Source: the human T2T-CHM13v2.0 reference genome, Homo sapiens. Taken from it: a DNA stretch of 64,000 nt. The DNA lies in assembly GCF_009914755.1 (NCBI RefSeq), contig NC_060929.1. The stretch is one strand, 5' to 3'. A model generated the notes under the pieces. That model made no database searches, was not told the origin of the DNA, and saw nothing but the letters and a program-made list of their open reading frames with translations. The position numbers and the translations under genes were made by a program. This document shows positions 1-14,814 of the stretch, piece by piece. Numbering within the stretch: the first letter of the stretch is position 1; the number at the start of each line of letters is the position of its first letter.

Positions 1-385
1 AATCTATGAAGACAGTGAAAAGATCAGTGGTTGCCAGAAGTATGGGGAGAGGAAGGAGGGGATGAATAGGTGGGAGACAGGGCATTTTTAGGGCTGTGAA
101 ACTTTTCTGTATAATAGTATAAGGTAGATACATGTCATTACACATTTGCCAAAACCCACAGAACGTGCAACACCAAGAGTGAATCCTGCTGTAAACTATG
201 GACTGGGTGACTATGATGTGTCAGTGTAGATTCATTATTTATAATAAATAAACCACACTAAGGCAAGATGTTAGGGGAAACTGAGGTGGGGATAAGAGAG
301 TATATAGGAACTATAATTTCTGCTCAGTTTTTCTGTAAACGTAAAAATCTCTAAAAAATAGTCTATGAATAGTAATAATAAAAGA
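1..385 (+). mobile_element. Old L1 3'UTR fragment (L1MC-like)
   Basis: Resembles the L1MC 3' end (cagtggttgccag...tgtaaactatggact...gatgtgtcagtgtag) and ends in A-rich sequence. Confidence 0.75.
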
Positions 386-402
386 AAGTGGGAGAAAAAT
401 GC

Positions 403-597
403 AGACCACTTTGGTTTAAATCTGTGTTAGGAGCTTACAAGTAGGGAGCTCTTAAGCAGGTTATTTAATATCTCAGCCTCATGTTACTCAGCTGTAATAT
501 GTACTTATTAGTACCCAACTCATAGTGCTGTTGTGAAAAACAAGTTAATGCATGAAGCACCTGGCATCATGCAGCAAGCACTCATAAGTGTTAGGCT
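403..597 (+). mobile_element. MIR SINE
   Basis: Degenerate MIR core (ctcagcctcatgttactcagctgtaa...cccaactcatagtgctgttgtg...gcactcataagtgttag). Confidence 0.6.
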
Positions 598-1799
598 TGG
601 GGGTTGTTGGGGAGGTGTCTTTTGTTTTCTGTAAACACTCAAGAAACCATTGAAATTTTCTATGCTGGGAAGCTGATGTTGAGGACTGCCTGTAGAATAG
701 ACTGTCACTCAGAGAAGTTAGGGTCAGGAAGATAAGTTAGGACATTATTCTGAGAGGAATGTGGACATTGCTGTAGAGATAGGGGAGGTAATGATGGAAG
801 AAGTGTTGATTAATGGGGAATATGAAGAGGAGCCTTGGAAGGAGAACAGGGTGCCTTGAATGAAGACCAGAAATGTTGGGGTTTGGGGGAGTAAGCACTG
901 GAATCTTAAACTGATGAAAGAACTGTCTGGATTACTGAGATCATTTACCCCTTCCTCTCCAGCTCAAGATAGTCTTCGTGCTGACTGCCATACAAGAATC
1001 CTAACATCATTTCCTTTCTCCAAAGCAGAAAGTGGAGTTTTACACAGAAATTTACCTGCTAGCTACACTGCTGCCTTGACATTTTAAGTGGTACCTGCCC
1101 TTCTGCGTCAGACATTTCCCTCAAATGAGAAAGTGACAAGCTTCCCTAATGGGCGTTTGTTCGAATGTTCAACCAAGTGAGAACTCGGCTAGAGTGGGGA
1201 AATCTGGCGCCTGCTGAAGACAAAGGGAACATCAGCAACAAATATATTCAGAGCAATTATCTTGGGGACCTCCCACCCAGTGTCCCCTCCCTTAGCCAAG
1301 CAACATCTTCAGGAGGAAGGCTGAGCGCTGGCTGTCGTGCCTCCTCCCTGCCTCCTGCTGAGTCACCATAGCAAATTGCAGCAGACAAATAGAGCAGCCT
1401 CAAAATTGGCAAGATCAGGTCCTAGGGAGCACAAGCATTGGCCTTTTCAATTTGAAAATTTGAAAATTTCAATTTTTAAGACAAATTGGCATAAGACTCT
1501 CATAGAAGAAAGAACAGTAAAGGTCGTGTGGACCCATCTTGCTGTCCTGTGATTGAACCCCTTCTGTCATGTTGTTGCCATGTGGTTCCCTAGCTATGCT
1601 TCAAGCTTACATCCAGGGACAGGGAGCTCACCACTAAAACAGGGCTACCTGGTTAATTCAAGGGCTTAGAGCTAACCCATTAATTTTACAGCTGGAGAAT
1701 TCAAAGCTCCATGAGAAAGTGCCTTGCCTTTAATTGCCAGATGAGCCAGGGGCTGACCTTCCCATGTATTCTAGAACCCATCCTTGAGCACATTTACCA

Positions 1800-2048
1800 G
1801 GCAGAACATGATGGTTAAAAGGTCAGGTTCTCGTGGTGTCTGGCAGACCTGAGGGCAAAACCAATCTATTGCCCTCGGTCAAACTATTTTTTCTTTTTAA
1901 GTTCCAGGAGTTTTTTTTGACTAAAATATAGGGACAATAATTGTACCTACTTACTGGTTTGTCATAAGGATTACATGAGAAAATGATACAGCATACTTAT
2001 CATACAGTGCCTGACACATAATACACGAGCAATAGTGGCAACTACTAA
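1800..2048 (+). mobile_element. MIR SINE
   Basis: ggttaaaaggtcagg...aataattgtacctac...ggattacatgaga...cagtgcctgacacata. Confidence 0.65.
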
Positions 2049-3184
2049 ATATAATTGGTACTAAATTTGCTTATGTTTACCTACCATTCCAGTTGAGTAT
2101 TAGAAATCATATTTACCGTCCTGACCCTGGACTGCTCATTATTTTGTTCTGTGTAGATTCCAGGGTCTGAGAGAGAGCCAAGATGAATATGGCCTTCCAA
2201 GAAGACATGCTGACAAGAAAAGACTCAGAGTTCCCAGGAGCTTCCCCTTCCTACCAACCCTGCAGCCTGGAACCCTAGCCATACCTCTCCCTGACTGTGG
2301 ACAGTACAGCCTTTGAGCTGAGCCAAGCTGCTCCCCTGGCGATTTCCATAAGAGTACCACTTATCAGCACCTTGGACAGCATACAAATGATTCTTCATCT
2401 CCAGGTAAGGCAGGTGTCAGTTCCTTGACATGATATAGGGTTGGTGGCAGCAAGAAGGGTTGCAGAAATCTTCTTTCCCTGTGACCAAATTCCTAGGGAA
2501 ATTGCACATACAAGGGAATAAAGCACTCAAACTGAGAATAAAACCTCCCGTATGTCTGGTTTTTATTCTCCACTTCCCACAGAAAGCCCACTGCTTATTA
2601 GAAATTTGGGATACAAAAAAACAAATAAGGATGGTATTCATTCCAAAGAGAGTGATTGGAACCAAGTAGGTGCATTTCACAGGACTGGCTGATTTGCCAG
2701 CTCCGTTTCTCTGGCATTGTTACAATTACAGCTATTCTTGGGGATGTAATTCATTATGGACCCCATTATTCCCAAGAATCAGAGAAGAGCAAAAATCAAA
2801 GGTTTATCATCTGGCTGTGGCATGTAGAACACAGCAGGCTACCTGTTGGGCACATCCAGGTGGCAATCAAAAACCAGAGCTCAGGGACAAATACACATTC
2901 TGCTGAGCTCTTCCGTCTACCCAGAAGAAATGATGCTATTTGCATCAGGGAAAGAAGGTTGCTGGCCCTTCTGTCAGCCTTCTGAGCAATTTTTAGTCAT
3001 CTGGCCAACAAAGGTTGAGCTGCTGCATGTAAAAAAGGGGGCATAGTCACCTTCACTCCCAGAGCTCAGAGGAAGAAGGACAGTTACTACTATGTGCCAG
3101 CATTGTGTTCAACATCTTATATGTGTAGGAGTGGTGTTATTAAATTCCATTTAGCAGAAGACAAAACTGAGGCTCAGAGAAGTT

Positions 3185-3750
3185 GTTTAGGATTCTTTCC
3201 ATGACAGAACCCAATTTTGACTGGCTTAAATAAAAAAGAGAATACGTTAGCTCAAGTAACTCAAAAGTCTAGGGGTAAGTTGGTCTTCAGGTATGGCTGG
3301 ATAGAGGAACTAAAACATGTCCTGGCAGTCCATCGCTTGCCTTGGCTTTCCTGTGTTGCCATCTCCACTACTTCCTCCCCTCTCTCCCTGGCCCTGTATA
3401 TACACACACACCAACATAGGCTCTTGCTCTTGGTTGCAAGATGGGAACCACAAACTCTTGGCTTCATTCTTCTAGCCTAGCAACCCCAGTGAAAAGAGAG
3501 CTTCTTTGTCTCAATGGTTCCAGCAAAAGTCCCAGGACTCACACCCATTGGCCTGGAGTCAGTGAGGTGGGACAAGCACTGACTGGCCATGCCTGATTCA
3601 AGGACCCATAGCTGGAGCTGGGGGAAAGCCTAGCACTCCAATATCGCACTGGTTGAGAGATGGAGCAGGGTTATTTCTGCATGAAATTCGACTTGCAGCT
3701 TCAAAAGAAGGAGGAAAGGAGACAAGCAGACAACAAAAACCAATGTCCAC
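3185..3750 (-). mobile_element. MaLR solo LTR, old MLT1 (K/L-like)
   Basis: ggattcttt...gacagaacccaattttgactggcttaaataaaaaagag...gtaactcaaaagtctagggg resembles the reverse complement of an MLT1 3' end; boundaries approximate. Confidence 0.6.
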
Positions 3751-4199
3751 TGTAGCCACCCTGCTGACAAGCAGCTGCATTCTTCCCACAGTCACATGTG
3801 TATCACTAGTGCACATTTGGCTTTATCAGGCTTCTGCTCTGGGACCATGCTATGCTACTAACAGAGATAATATTTTATGTTCCCAGTGGGTTCCAAAGGA
3901 GAAGACCAGAAAATTATGCTAGGTAATTGAGATTACAACCTGATACCTTCTCCAGATCAACCATTTTCCACCCTTGGGCTGATTGATAACCAGGAAGAAA
4001 GTGATCAGGGTTGTTCTGATGAAAGGACATATAACTTATTATCCTGCCCAAGGAACCCACATATAAAAAGTTGTGCCTCTACTGTGTTTAAAGTCTTACA
4101 TAATACATTGAATTCAGAAAAAAAAATGACAAGGAATAAAGGACTATTTAAGCCACTATTCTTGCCATCAGGAAGTAAGGAATAATTAATTTTTTTCAC

Positions 4200-4415
4200 A
4201 ATAATAGCAATTGCTAAATGTGTACCAAGTGATTTACACATACAGTTGCTTCATGTAACCTTCACAACAATCCTGTGTGTGTCTAATATTAAAGTAGCCA
4301 TTTGATCCAGGCTTGGTGATATTAAGTTGCTTGCCTGGTATCCACAGCTAGCAAATGGCAAACCCAGGATCTGAACTCAGGTGTCTCTGATTTGAAATTA
4401 GTGTTCTTGACCACA
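4200..4415 (-). mobile_element. MIR SINE
   Basis: taaccttcacaacaatcctgtg...cacagctagcaaatggcaaacccaggatctgaactcagg. Confidence 0.65.
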
Positions 4416-4489
4416 TGCAAAAATCTGTATGAACCCCCATTCTTGCTAGGAGACAAGGTAGTTTCTTGGAGAAGGTAGCATTCGAGCAG

Positions 4490-5040
4490 TGTATCCATCA
4501 GAAACTTTTGGTTGTACATGACAGATTCCATTCATACTGGCTAAGCAGAAATATAGGAGTTGGTTTTTGTTGTTGTTGTTGTTGTCCTATGTAAGTGAAA
4601 ACCCCAAGGAGAGATGGAACTGCAAGCACAGGCTGATCCAGGGTCACCTGATGTCTGCAGGGCTCACTCTCTGTCTCTCAGTTCTTCTCTCTTCTGTGGT
4701 TAGCTTCATTCTAAGGCAGACTCTCCCCTCACAGTGGCAAGATTACTATCAGTTTCTTGAGACTCATATTCTCCTAGCCAAGCCATCTCAGTAGAAAAAT
4801 GGCATCATTATTCCAAGAATTCCAACAAAAATTCTAGACCTGAGTCTCACTGAACCATCTTGAGTCATGTGCCCATTCTGGTAGCCAGGGATACACTGAT
4901 TGACCATCTCCAGAGTCAGAGGCAGCAGTTCGAATCAACTTCACTGGAAGCATATAGCATAGATGAGAACGGAGGAAGGTGTTTATATATTTGCTATTAC
5001 CAAGAGAAGAGTAAGAGGTATTAAATTGGTAAAAACAATT
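4490..5040 (-). mobile_element. MaLR solo LTR, old MLT1 (K/L-like)
   Basis: tgtatccatcagaaacttttggttg...gacagattcc...ctggctaagcagaaa; same motif order as 3185-3750. Confidence 0.55.
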
Positions 5041-5046
5041 GGTGGT

Positions 5047-5450
5047 TGTATTATTTATCTACCATATTCAACAAACCACCCAAAATGTGTAACTTAAAAT
5101 AACAACCATTTATTTAGCACAAGATTCTGTGGTTGGCATGCATCTGTGAATAGATGCCAGGTTAACTTGGGGCTGATTGGTCTAGGGCCCTTAGCTGGGG
5201 TAGATTGTCTCTGTTTCGCAGGTTTCTCAGCCTCCAGCAGGCTAGTCCAGACTCATTCACACAGTGACAGAAGATTTCCAAGAAAAAATAATTTAAGCCC
5301 TTTCAGACCTCTGTTTGCATCGCATTTGCCAACATCCCACTGACCAAAGCAAATCACATGACTAAACCCAGAGTCAGAATTGGAGGGCATGCCAAGGGGC
5401 CATGGATTCAGGGAAGTGAGGAATTTGTGGCCCTGTCTGCAATCTACGAC
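5047..5450 (-). mobile_element. MaLR solo LTR (MLT1H/I/J-like)
   Basis: tgtatt...aacaaaccacccaaaa...ttaaaataacaaccatttattt...ccaaagcaaatcacatgac. Confidence 0.65.
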
Positions 5451-5539
5451 TATGGTCATTTCAAATAGCACTAGAATCATGTCTAGCATATAATAGATCC
5501 GCCAGTCAAATAAAATCTTGTCATATAAATGACAAGGTT

Positions 5540-5800
5540 AGGATAAAGGAAGAGAAAAGAAGGCCTTCAGGCAGAGGAGACAGTATCTGCAAAGGCCCAG
5601 AAGTGGTAAATACAGGCTTATTTGTATACTGGTGAGTTTGCATGCTGTGGTTGAAAAATGGAGTAGAGGAAAGGTGGGGTTTAAGGCCATATTAGGGAAG
5701 ACTATGGGTGTCGAGCTTAGGATTTGGACTTCTATTTCTATGCATTGGGGAACTGTTAAAGGTTTTTGAGCAATGGTATGATTCAATTAACAAACTCTGA
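5540..5800 (-). mobile_element. L2 LINE fragment
   Basis: caggcagaggagacagtatctgcaaaggccc...ggatttggacttctat...ggtttttgagca. Confidence 0.55.
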
Positions 5801-6193
5801 GCAGGGTTTTAAAAGGTAGCTTTAGGCAGATGGCCTTGTTTAAAAGACAAAAATCTCAGGGAAAGGAAGGGACAACATCCTTAAAAGCACAGAGACAGAG
5901 CAGCTGCAGAATCTACTCTGCTCCAGTGGGCACCAAAACTGGGTTTGGAAGTCATCTTTTCCTTGGCATGTGCCAGATCCTGAGCTTCCTCCTGCCTCCC
6001 CAACACTGGGAGGACTTGGAGACACTCTGTATCCTGAGCACCAGGCAAATGCTATTCGTTTTCCTTGACAGTTTGTGTGTGTCCACCCCAACACCTGGGA
6101 CCAGCTGGCTATTGGTCCGAGATGTTTCTTGATGGGTCTTCAATGTGCTAGACCCTCTTTGGGAATAATATTTTTCCATGCAGGTGAGGAGAA

Positions 6194-6300
<107 letters not shown>

Positions 6301-6779
6301 ATGTGCACATATTTATAATAAATGTAAATAAATGATATATAATTACATATATGTATATATAAATAAATATAGAGAATAATAGTTCCCATCTACTGCTCTG
6401 TTCTGAAATCCAAACCTCCACTCACAGCTGACCTATCGTAACCTTTGCCAGCCCCTCCCATCAGATGCTAGGAGGCAGTTTGTTCTGCAAGCTTCCCAGC
6501 AAACACCAAAGGCCCAAGCACCACTTCAAAGTGTCATTTCTCTGTACAGAACCTCTCCAAGCCCAGTCACAAGCCCAGCAGGTTCTGGACATGACTGAGA
6601 TAGATCATTTTTGTCCCCTTATTTGCCTAAATGTGTGTCTTGCCTCTCAGTAGGAATGCTTTGCACTGTGGGCTTTTTGTTAGTTTATTTGTATGTGTGT
6701 TTTAGCAAACGAAATAAATGCTGGTCTGCAGCAAACAACAAACCCAGAGGCCACATGTTTGTCTTTTGAGAAACAATAA

Positions 6780-7476
<697 letters not shown>

Positions 7477-8934
7477 TCACTGAGGCCAGAGGTGGCACCT
7501 GCAGCCCCCAGGGGCCGGATTTAGAGCTTGCAGGTGCATGAATTGCTGCAGTTGCTCATTCACACCCAATTTCCATCTACTGATGTCCTCTGAGAGAGAA
7601 GGCAAGAATCATAGCGTAGTGCAGGACTCTGTTCTAAGTACTTTATATATTTAAACTCATTCAGTCTTCTTGAAGAAATTGAGACACAGATACATTTTGA
7701 GACCTGACACAGGTCACACAGGTTGATGGTAATGCTTTTCTTTTTTTCATGATTAAATACTCAAATTTAAAATTGAAGCTAAAAATAAAAATAAGTGAAT
7801 ATTTTAAATAAAATGGGTTTAAATAAATGGAAGACTCTACTATATCTTATTGGAAAGAGCAGTGAACAGCTCAAACATGACCTTTGCATCAGACCTTCAG
7901 GACCCCATACACGCTGTCTGCCCTCTCCACCACTGGAGAAGTGTGGTCTCCCTACCTTCAGATCCCCCTGGAGAGGCCCCACACTATTCCCGTGGCATCA
8001 CTTCTAATGCAATGATCATCACCATTTATGTTCCTGTCTTCCTCAGTAGAAGTGAGATTTCAGCACCTAGCGCAGTGTCTGACACATAGCAGACACTCAA
8101 TACTTGGTTGAAAACAGAAATTTATAAGAGTTCCTAAGTTCAAGCTGGTGCTCATAATTGCAGCGACTATGAACAAGTCATTGCCTGCTCCATGCCTCTG
8201 TTTCCACATAAAGGAAAACTTTAGACAGCAGGCATCACTCGTTAGTTGCCTGAGTGGTGGTAAACTCAGAAAAGCTGTAGCTGTGGAATTCCAAGCTCAG
8301 AACCTGAGAACTAGGAGGGCATACCTGCTTGGCTGCAGGCAGGAATGAGCCTTCCCAGCCCACTGCCCATCATTGGCAGTGTCTGCAAGTGAAAGCCCAC
8401 CTCTGCACCCTTGCTGCGGCTCTGTGGCTGTGACATGCAGCACAGAGGTGTAAATGAGTTAGCAATGGCACTTCCCTGAATCATTGCATCATCCAAAGAC
8501 TGCGAGGTGGCAGCTGGCATCTTTGGCCACTGCTGTGGATCAGGCAGCGTCTGTTGCTCTAGGCACCCAGCTGGCTCTGTTGTGGAAAGACTGGTGAGGG
8601 CTGCCTTCCTTCTGCTGTGCGTCTTGGCCAGGAACACTGAGCAGGGAGAGGGAAGTCATCAGTGACACTTGGCTTAAAGCTGATCATATCCCCAACACTG
8701 GGGGTTGGGGTTTGGGGTGAACAGAGAGATCATCTGTATTCCTGATGTTTTCATCTGAGATCTTCTGTGCAACACCATCTGGGTAACCTCCAAACAATTG
8801 TGACAGTTCCATATTCTGTGACCTAGGGAAAATTACCAGATTTCTCTAAGCCACAGCCTCCTTATTAGAAAAAAATAAGGCCTGAAAGAAAGAAGAATAA
8901 GTACCCAAAGTTGTTTTAAGATTCCAAGACGAGA

Positions 8935-9253
8935 AGCCAGGCATGGTGGCTCACGCTTGTAGTCCTAGCACTTTGAAAGGCTGAGGCAGGAGAATCACTT
9001 GAGCCCAGGAGTTCAAGACTAGCCTGAGCAACATGGTAAAACCCTGTTGCTACAAAAAATACAAAAAAACAAAACAAAACAAAATTAGCTGGGTGTGGTA
9101 ACATCGCCTATAGTCCCAGCTACTCAGCAGGCTGAAGTGGAAAGATCAATTGTGCCTGGGAGTTCAAGGCTGCAGTAAGCCATGATCACACCACTGCACT
9201 CCAGCCTGGGCAACAAAGCGAGACCCTGTCTTTAAAAAAATTAAAATAAAAAA
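8935..9253 (+). mobile_element. AluJ
   Basis: Alu dimer with (CAAAA)n linker, J-type gagttcaaggctgcagt and A tail. Confidence 0.9.
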
Positions 9254-9349
9254 GGTTGAAATGTATAATCTCCATCCTCTAAATACCTGAACTTCTGGCT
9301 ACTTGTTCTCTCTCTGCAGTCACTGGCCTGATCACCCACCTAAAAAGTA

Positions 9350-9940
<591 letters not shown>

Positions 9941-10405
9941 TCAACTCATTTTATAAACTCTAAAATATTCTTTAGAAGTTATAGGTTATTATTACTACTA
10001 AAGCCAGACTAGAGGCTGCAACTAACTTCCTGTATCTGAGAAGACAGAAAGTGACGAGGAGGGTTTCATAGGGAGAATGGGGCTTGGGGGCAGGTAGAGA
10101 GTATTACAAGTAAAAAAGGTACCTATGAGTTCAGATGTTCAAGCAACAAGCAATAAGAGTCTATGGAGAAGATTCCTGGGGGACAATGCCAAGTACATAG
10201 AGATTCACCCTCACCAAAGTTATCACCATCATGATCATCATGGCCACCAAGTATTGAACGCTAACTGTCTGCCTGACACCACATTAAGTAAGGAGGGAAC
10301 CAGTATTTATAGCAAGAAAAGTATCTACTTACTCTTAATATCATCTACACACTTACATGCATTCACACATGTAAGTGTGCATACACACTTATACACACAC
10401 ACCAT

Positions 10406-11150
10406 CTGTCTGAGGTTGAGTTCCTCCAAAAGAAGACTCTGAGACCAAGATCGGGATGCATGTAGTTTACTTGGGAGGTGATCTGGAGAAGAGATGGTAA
10501 GGGAGTGGGTTAAGAATGACAGGAAAGGGAAAGGAGGCAGTATTGGGTGTATTACTGAGAGGGTGACTGCTGTGAGTACCTGGGGTTCAAATCTTCTGGG
10601 TCCTCAAGTACACAGTGTAGAACGTGCCTCAGAGTTGCTCCTTCGAAGGAAAAGGAAGCTAAGGTACTATATTAGTCCATTTTCATATTGTTATGAAGAA
10701 ATACCCCAGACTGGGTAATTTATAAAGTAAAAGAGGTTTAATGAACTCACAGTTTCACATGGCTGGGAAGGCCTCACAATCATGGTGGAAGGCAAAGAAG
10801 GAGGAAAGGCATGTGTTACATGGTAGCAGGCAAGAGAGTGTGTGCAGGGGAACTGCCCTTTATAAAACAATCAGATCTTGTGAGACTTATTCACTATCAT
10901 GAGAACAGCATGGGAAAACCCACCCCCGTGATTCAATTACCTCCCATGGGGTCTCTCCCACGACATGTGGGGATTATGGGAGCTACAATTCAAGATGAGA
11001 TTTGGGTGGGGACACAGCCAAACCATATTAGGTACTTATTGACCAACTCCCATCCATCACCCAACAGAGTCAACACCTGGCATTTCTGTCCTGCCCATTT
11101 TTAGGCTGCATGAGGTCTTCAGGCAAGAATAATGTCTGCTACCTGCTACA
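10406..11150 (-). mobile_element. ERVL solo LTR (LTR16/LTR33-like) interrupted by THE1
   Basis: tgtctgaggttgagttcctcc...gactctgagaccaagat...tagtttacttgggaggtgatc; right boundary approximate. Confidence 0.55.
10668..11030 (-). mobile_element. THE1 (THE1B-like) solo LTR
   Basis: 363 bp, tatattagtccattttc...gagatttgggtggggacacagccaaaccatatta, with perfect 5-bp TSD ggtac at 10663-10667 and 11031-11035. Confidence 0.92.
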
Positions 11151-11610
11151 CCATTTCAGGGGATGGATCTGGACAACTGAAGTCTCACTTGCTGTGGGGC
11201 GTGGGTGTACTGTACCTCAAGACATTAAGTGATGGACATAGGACACAAGCTTGGAGGGGGGCAAGCTAAAGCTAACTTCCTCTGAGAATGCAGAGAGTGA
11301 TGAGGAGGGTCTCAGAGGGAGCATGGGGCTTGTCAACAGATAGAGAGTAATAACTATATGGTAGCCCAGGGTAGCCTTTGAAGGGAAAAAGATATGTTTA
11401 TAAAGAATTTGATGTAAGTTGCTGTGCACAGCATGGTATAAGCCATCTCTGTCTCCTCAGTAAAATCTTCTTAAGGTCATGTACTACACTTGAGGGGGGT
11501 TGGGAGCAGAGAGAGTTGATCAAATACAAAATCCTGCTTTGGAGCTGATTCAGACTGAACAAAGCAGTGGCACATGGAGGCAGCCAACATCTGAGTAACA
11601 CATGCATATT

Positions 11611-11914
11611 CTCTTTTTTATTTTATTTTTTTCAGAGACAGGATCTTGCTCTCTTGCCCAGGCTGGAGTGCAGAGGCACAATCATAGCTCACTATAACCT
11701 TGAATTCCTGGGCTCAAGTGGTCTTCCCACCTCAGACTCCCAAGTAGCTGGGATTACAGGCATGCCACCATGCCCAGCTAATTTTTAAATATTTTTTAGA
11801 GATTGGGTCTCATTATGTTGCCCAGGCTGGTCTTGAACTCCTGACCTCAAGTGATCCTCCCACCTCAACCTCCCATAGTGCTATGATTACAGGTGTGAGT
11901 CACCATGTCCAGCC
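11611..11914 (-). mobile_element. AluJ
   Basis: Reverse-complement dimer with atcatagctcac; TSD tgcatatt on both sides. Confidence 0.9.
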
Positions 11915-11949
11915 TGCATATTTTCTAATTCTCACTATTGTAGCTTCTC

Positions 11950-12402
11950 TATATTAGTTAGCTGTGGCCACAATACTGCATAACAAACTACCCCCAAAAC
12001 GGAGTGGCTTACGATAAAATGCATTTCATTTTCTAGCTCATGGGTCTGCAGGCTAGTTTGGGAAGGGCTCAGGTTCAAGCCATAGGTTATCTCCAAGCTG
12101 ATGATTGGGTTCTAGTCATCACATCTTCCATGTGTGTCCTCTTTCTCCTTAGACCAGACACTGTAAAGTACTTGCTCTTTCAATGGTGGATCATAGGATG
12201 TTAAGAACCAAACCAAACCTTGGAAGCACACTACAGCCTCTGCTCATACCAAGTTGATAACATTCCATTGGCCCAAGCAAGTCACATGGCCAAGTTCAAC
12301 ATCTATTGAATGAGAAAATCTACTTCTGTGCACATGTATGCACTGCATAATCACATGGAAGATAGAGGGTTTGAAGAATTGTGAACAATTCCATCTGCTA
12401 CA
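11950..12402 (-). mobile_element. MaLR solo LTR (MLT1H/J-like)
   Basis: tatattagttagc...ataacaaactacccccaaaac...cattccattggcccaagcaagtcacatggccaag...ctaca. Confidence 0.65.
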
Positions 12403-13462
12403 GCCCCATTTTACCCTCTGGGGAAAGCCACAGCTTAAAACAATCAAGTTGTTGTTTGAAGTCACAAGCCTTGTATATAATGCACCTAGGTTTGGGACCA
12501 GCTTTGATGACAAAGCTTGTATGTTTAGTATGCTGAACTCCTCCGCTAGAATGCAAGATGAACCAAGCCCCTCAGGGAGCTCACTCAGCAGTGTGCAAAG
12601 TACCCAAGTAAACCAGAGATCACCTCTCTGCTCAAGGTCACGCCACTGGTTGGTGACAGCACAGACCCTAGAACCTTGTTCTTCCTGTTCCTTATACCAT
12701 TCTCCCCGGATAGAACCATGTGCATTTGGCTTTAAAACATCACTCACAGTAATTTCTCCTCTCTGAGGAATTTCAATCAGGCCAGAGGTTTCCGAAACAA
12801 GCCCAGGACACCCAGAGGTGAAAAATAGTTCCGTTTTCACTTCCTTGAAATTTCTCCTAAATGTGCCTACCCTGCCAATAGTATCTGCAAAAGGAAGGAG
12901 GTGAAGTTCACACCATTCAACTCCTTGGCTGTTGCCATGGAGCCCATCCAGCCATCAACATGCCAGCAACTCTGACTGCCTTAGCAATGGAATCAAAGAA
13001 GGGGAAAATAATCAGCAGGGGAGCAAACTCTTGTTTAAATGCAAATACCTTTGAGAGGAAGCAATTGAGGGAAAAGAAATTACGAAAACCCCGGTAAAGA
13101 ACATGGAGTCGGGGCCAAAGCTGATAAGCCATGCCATTTCCCCAGCAGGATAGTCCCTGTTCCATCTCCTGCCAAAGTGGGAAACGTGTTTTCAGAAGCG
13201 ATTTGCCAACGTTACACATCCTAGTCACCCCTAACAAGGTTCTTAGAATGGAGCGGAGAGGAGTTCCTGATGGGCAGAGAGCTTGTCAGAGCCGGGAAAT
13301 GCTGACAGGAGGGCTGGGCTGGTTTGCACTAGAATTTAAAGTGATGGAAATGAAGGTTGAGAATTGGGCCCCAATGGGAGATTTAGAAAGACATATCAGG
13401 CTCCCCAAAGGAGTTCCCCAGCCCAGTGATGCTCAGCTCTTTCTAATAAGAATGATAGTGTA

Positions 13463-13770
<308 letters not shown>

Positions 13771-14274
13771 TCATTTGCTAATCTTGTTTTGTTAAAAATA
13801 AACAACCACCCATTTTTAGCTTAAAGTGTGCTAAAGCTCAAGTGTTTAAATGCAAAGGAGATTATATGTTATAATTATATTGTATTGAGGATTATTTTGT
13901 CCTGTATCCTTTTATGATGCTTTGCAACTAAAAGACATTTTGTGATTCTAACTCGGAAAGTGGGCAAAGCTGGCAGGCTTGGGGCGAGAAGAACTGCTGA
14001 GACAGTTCTGGTGCCTGGAAGCTGTGAATTGCCACCCCCTTTCACCCCCACAACACTCTGTCCTGAGCCACTGTTGAGCTGCAGGTGTTACATGTAGGCA
14101 CATAGGCTGAGGGTCTGTGGATGACCTCAAACTACTGTTATCTGCAAGTACTGTAGGAAAATATGTGGAAAAGAGGTGAGGAGAGCTGTGTCTCCAGTCC
14201 CTGAATTCCCACGAGGCTTCTAGACAGTTCCAGGCAGCTTAGCATCAAGGCTGTGATCTTCCAGAAGGATTCTT

Positions 14275-14440
14275 GTAGCTTAGCAAAAAGAGCACCAGAC
14301 TGGGAGTCCAAAGACCTGTGTTAAAATCCTGGCTCTAATATAATCCAACCATGTAACATTGGGGAAGTCATCTCACGTCTCTTAGCCTTGACCTCAATTT
14401 CCATATCTGTAAAATGGAGTTGTTGAGAGAGCTAAATTAG
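14275..14440 (+). mobile_element. MIR SINE
   Basis: agagcaccagactgggagtccaaagacctg...catatctgtaaaatggag. Confidence 0.65.
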
Positions 14441-14481
14441 ACAATCAGGGTTTTTCCTACCACTCATTGAGCACTTATTAA

Positions 14482-14800
14482 AGGTTACAAACTGGCAAAC
14501 TGCAGGCCACATCCTGGCCACAGCTGTGTTTTAATTTGTCCTGCATAGTATTAAAAAAAAATACAAGCCAATGTATAAAATTCAGGAAATTTCACATACA
14601 AATCCAGGTTTCCTGTGAAAAAAAAATCAGACCTGGCAACACTGGGACCTACGACGTTATAGTCACTGGAGTAAGCCACCCTATTTGGAGGGAATATACA
14701 CTCTACTTGGCTACAATCCCTACCACTCCCTATTTCCCTAACCAAGGGTCAGTTGCATGTTTATCAGAAAAATATGTTTTCTCTTACAGTAGATAGAAAT
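14482..14800 (+). mobile_element. hAT-Charlie DNA transposon fossil (MER102/Charlie4-like)
   Basis: ggttacaaactggc...ggccacagctgtgtttt...gaaatttcacatacaaatccagg...ctggcaacactggg...ccctaccactccctatt. Confidence 0.65.
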
Positions 14801-14814
14801 TTCCTGGAAAACAC

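Noticed and set aside
7484-7500. CTCF-like ccagaggtggcac
   Set aside because: The upstream CC-A-S-Y positions are out of register with the AGRKGGC core.
12244-12840. 198-aa minus-strand ORF and overlapping 142-aa plus-strand ORF
   Set aside because: No recognisable domain, partly overlaps an MLT1 LTR, and the longer ORF uses a non-ATG start; consistent with chance.
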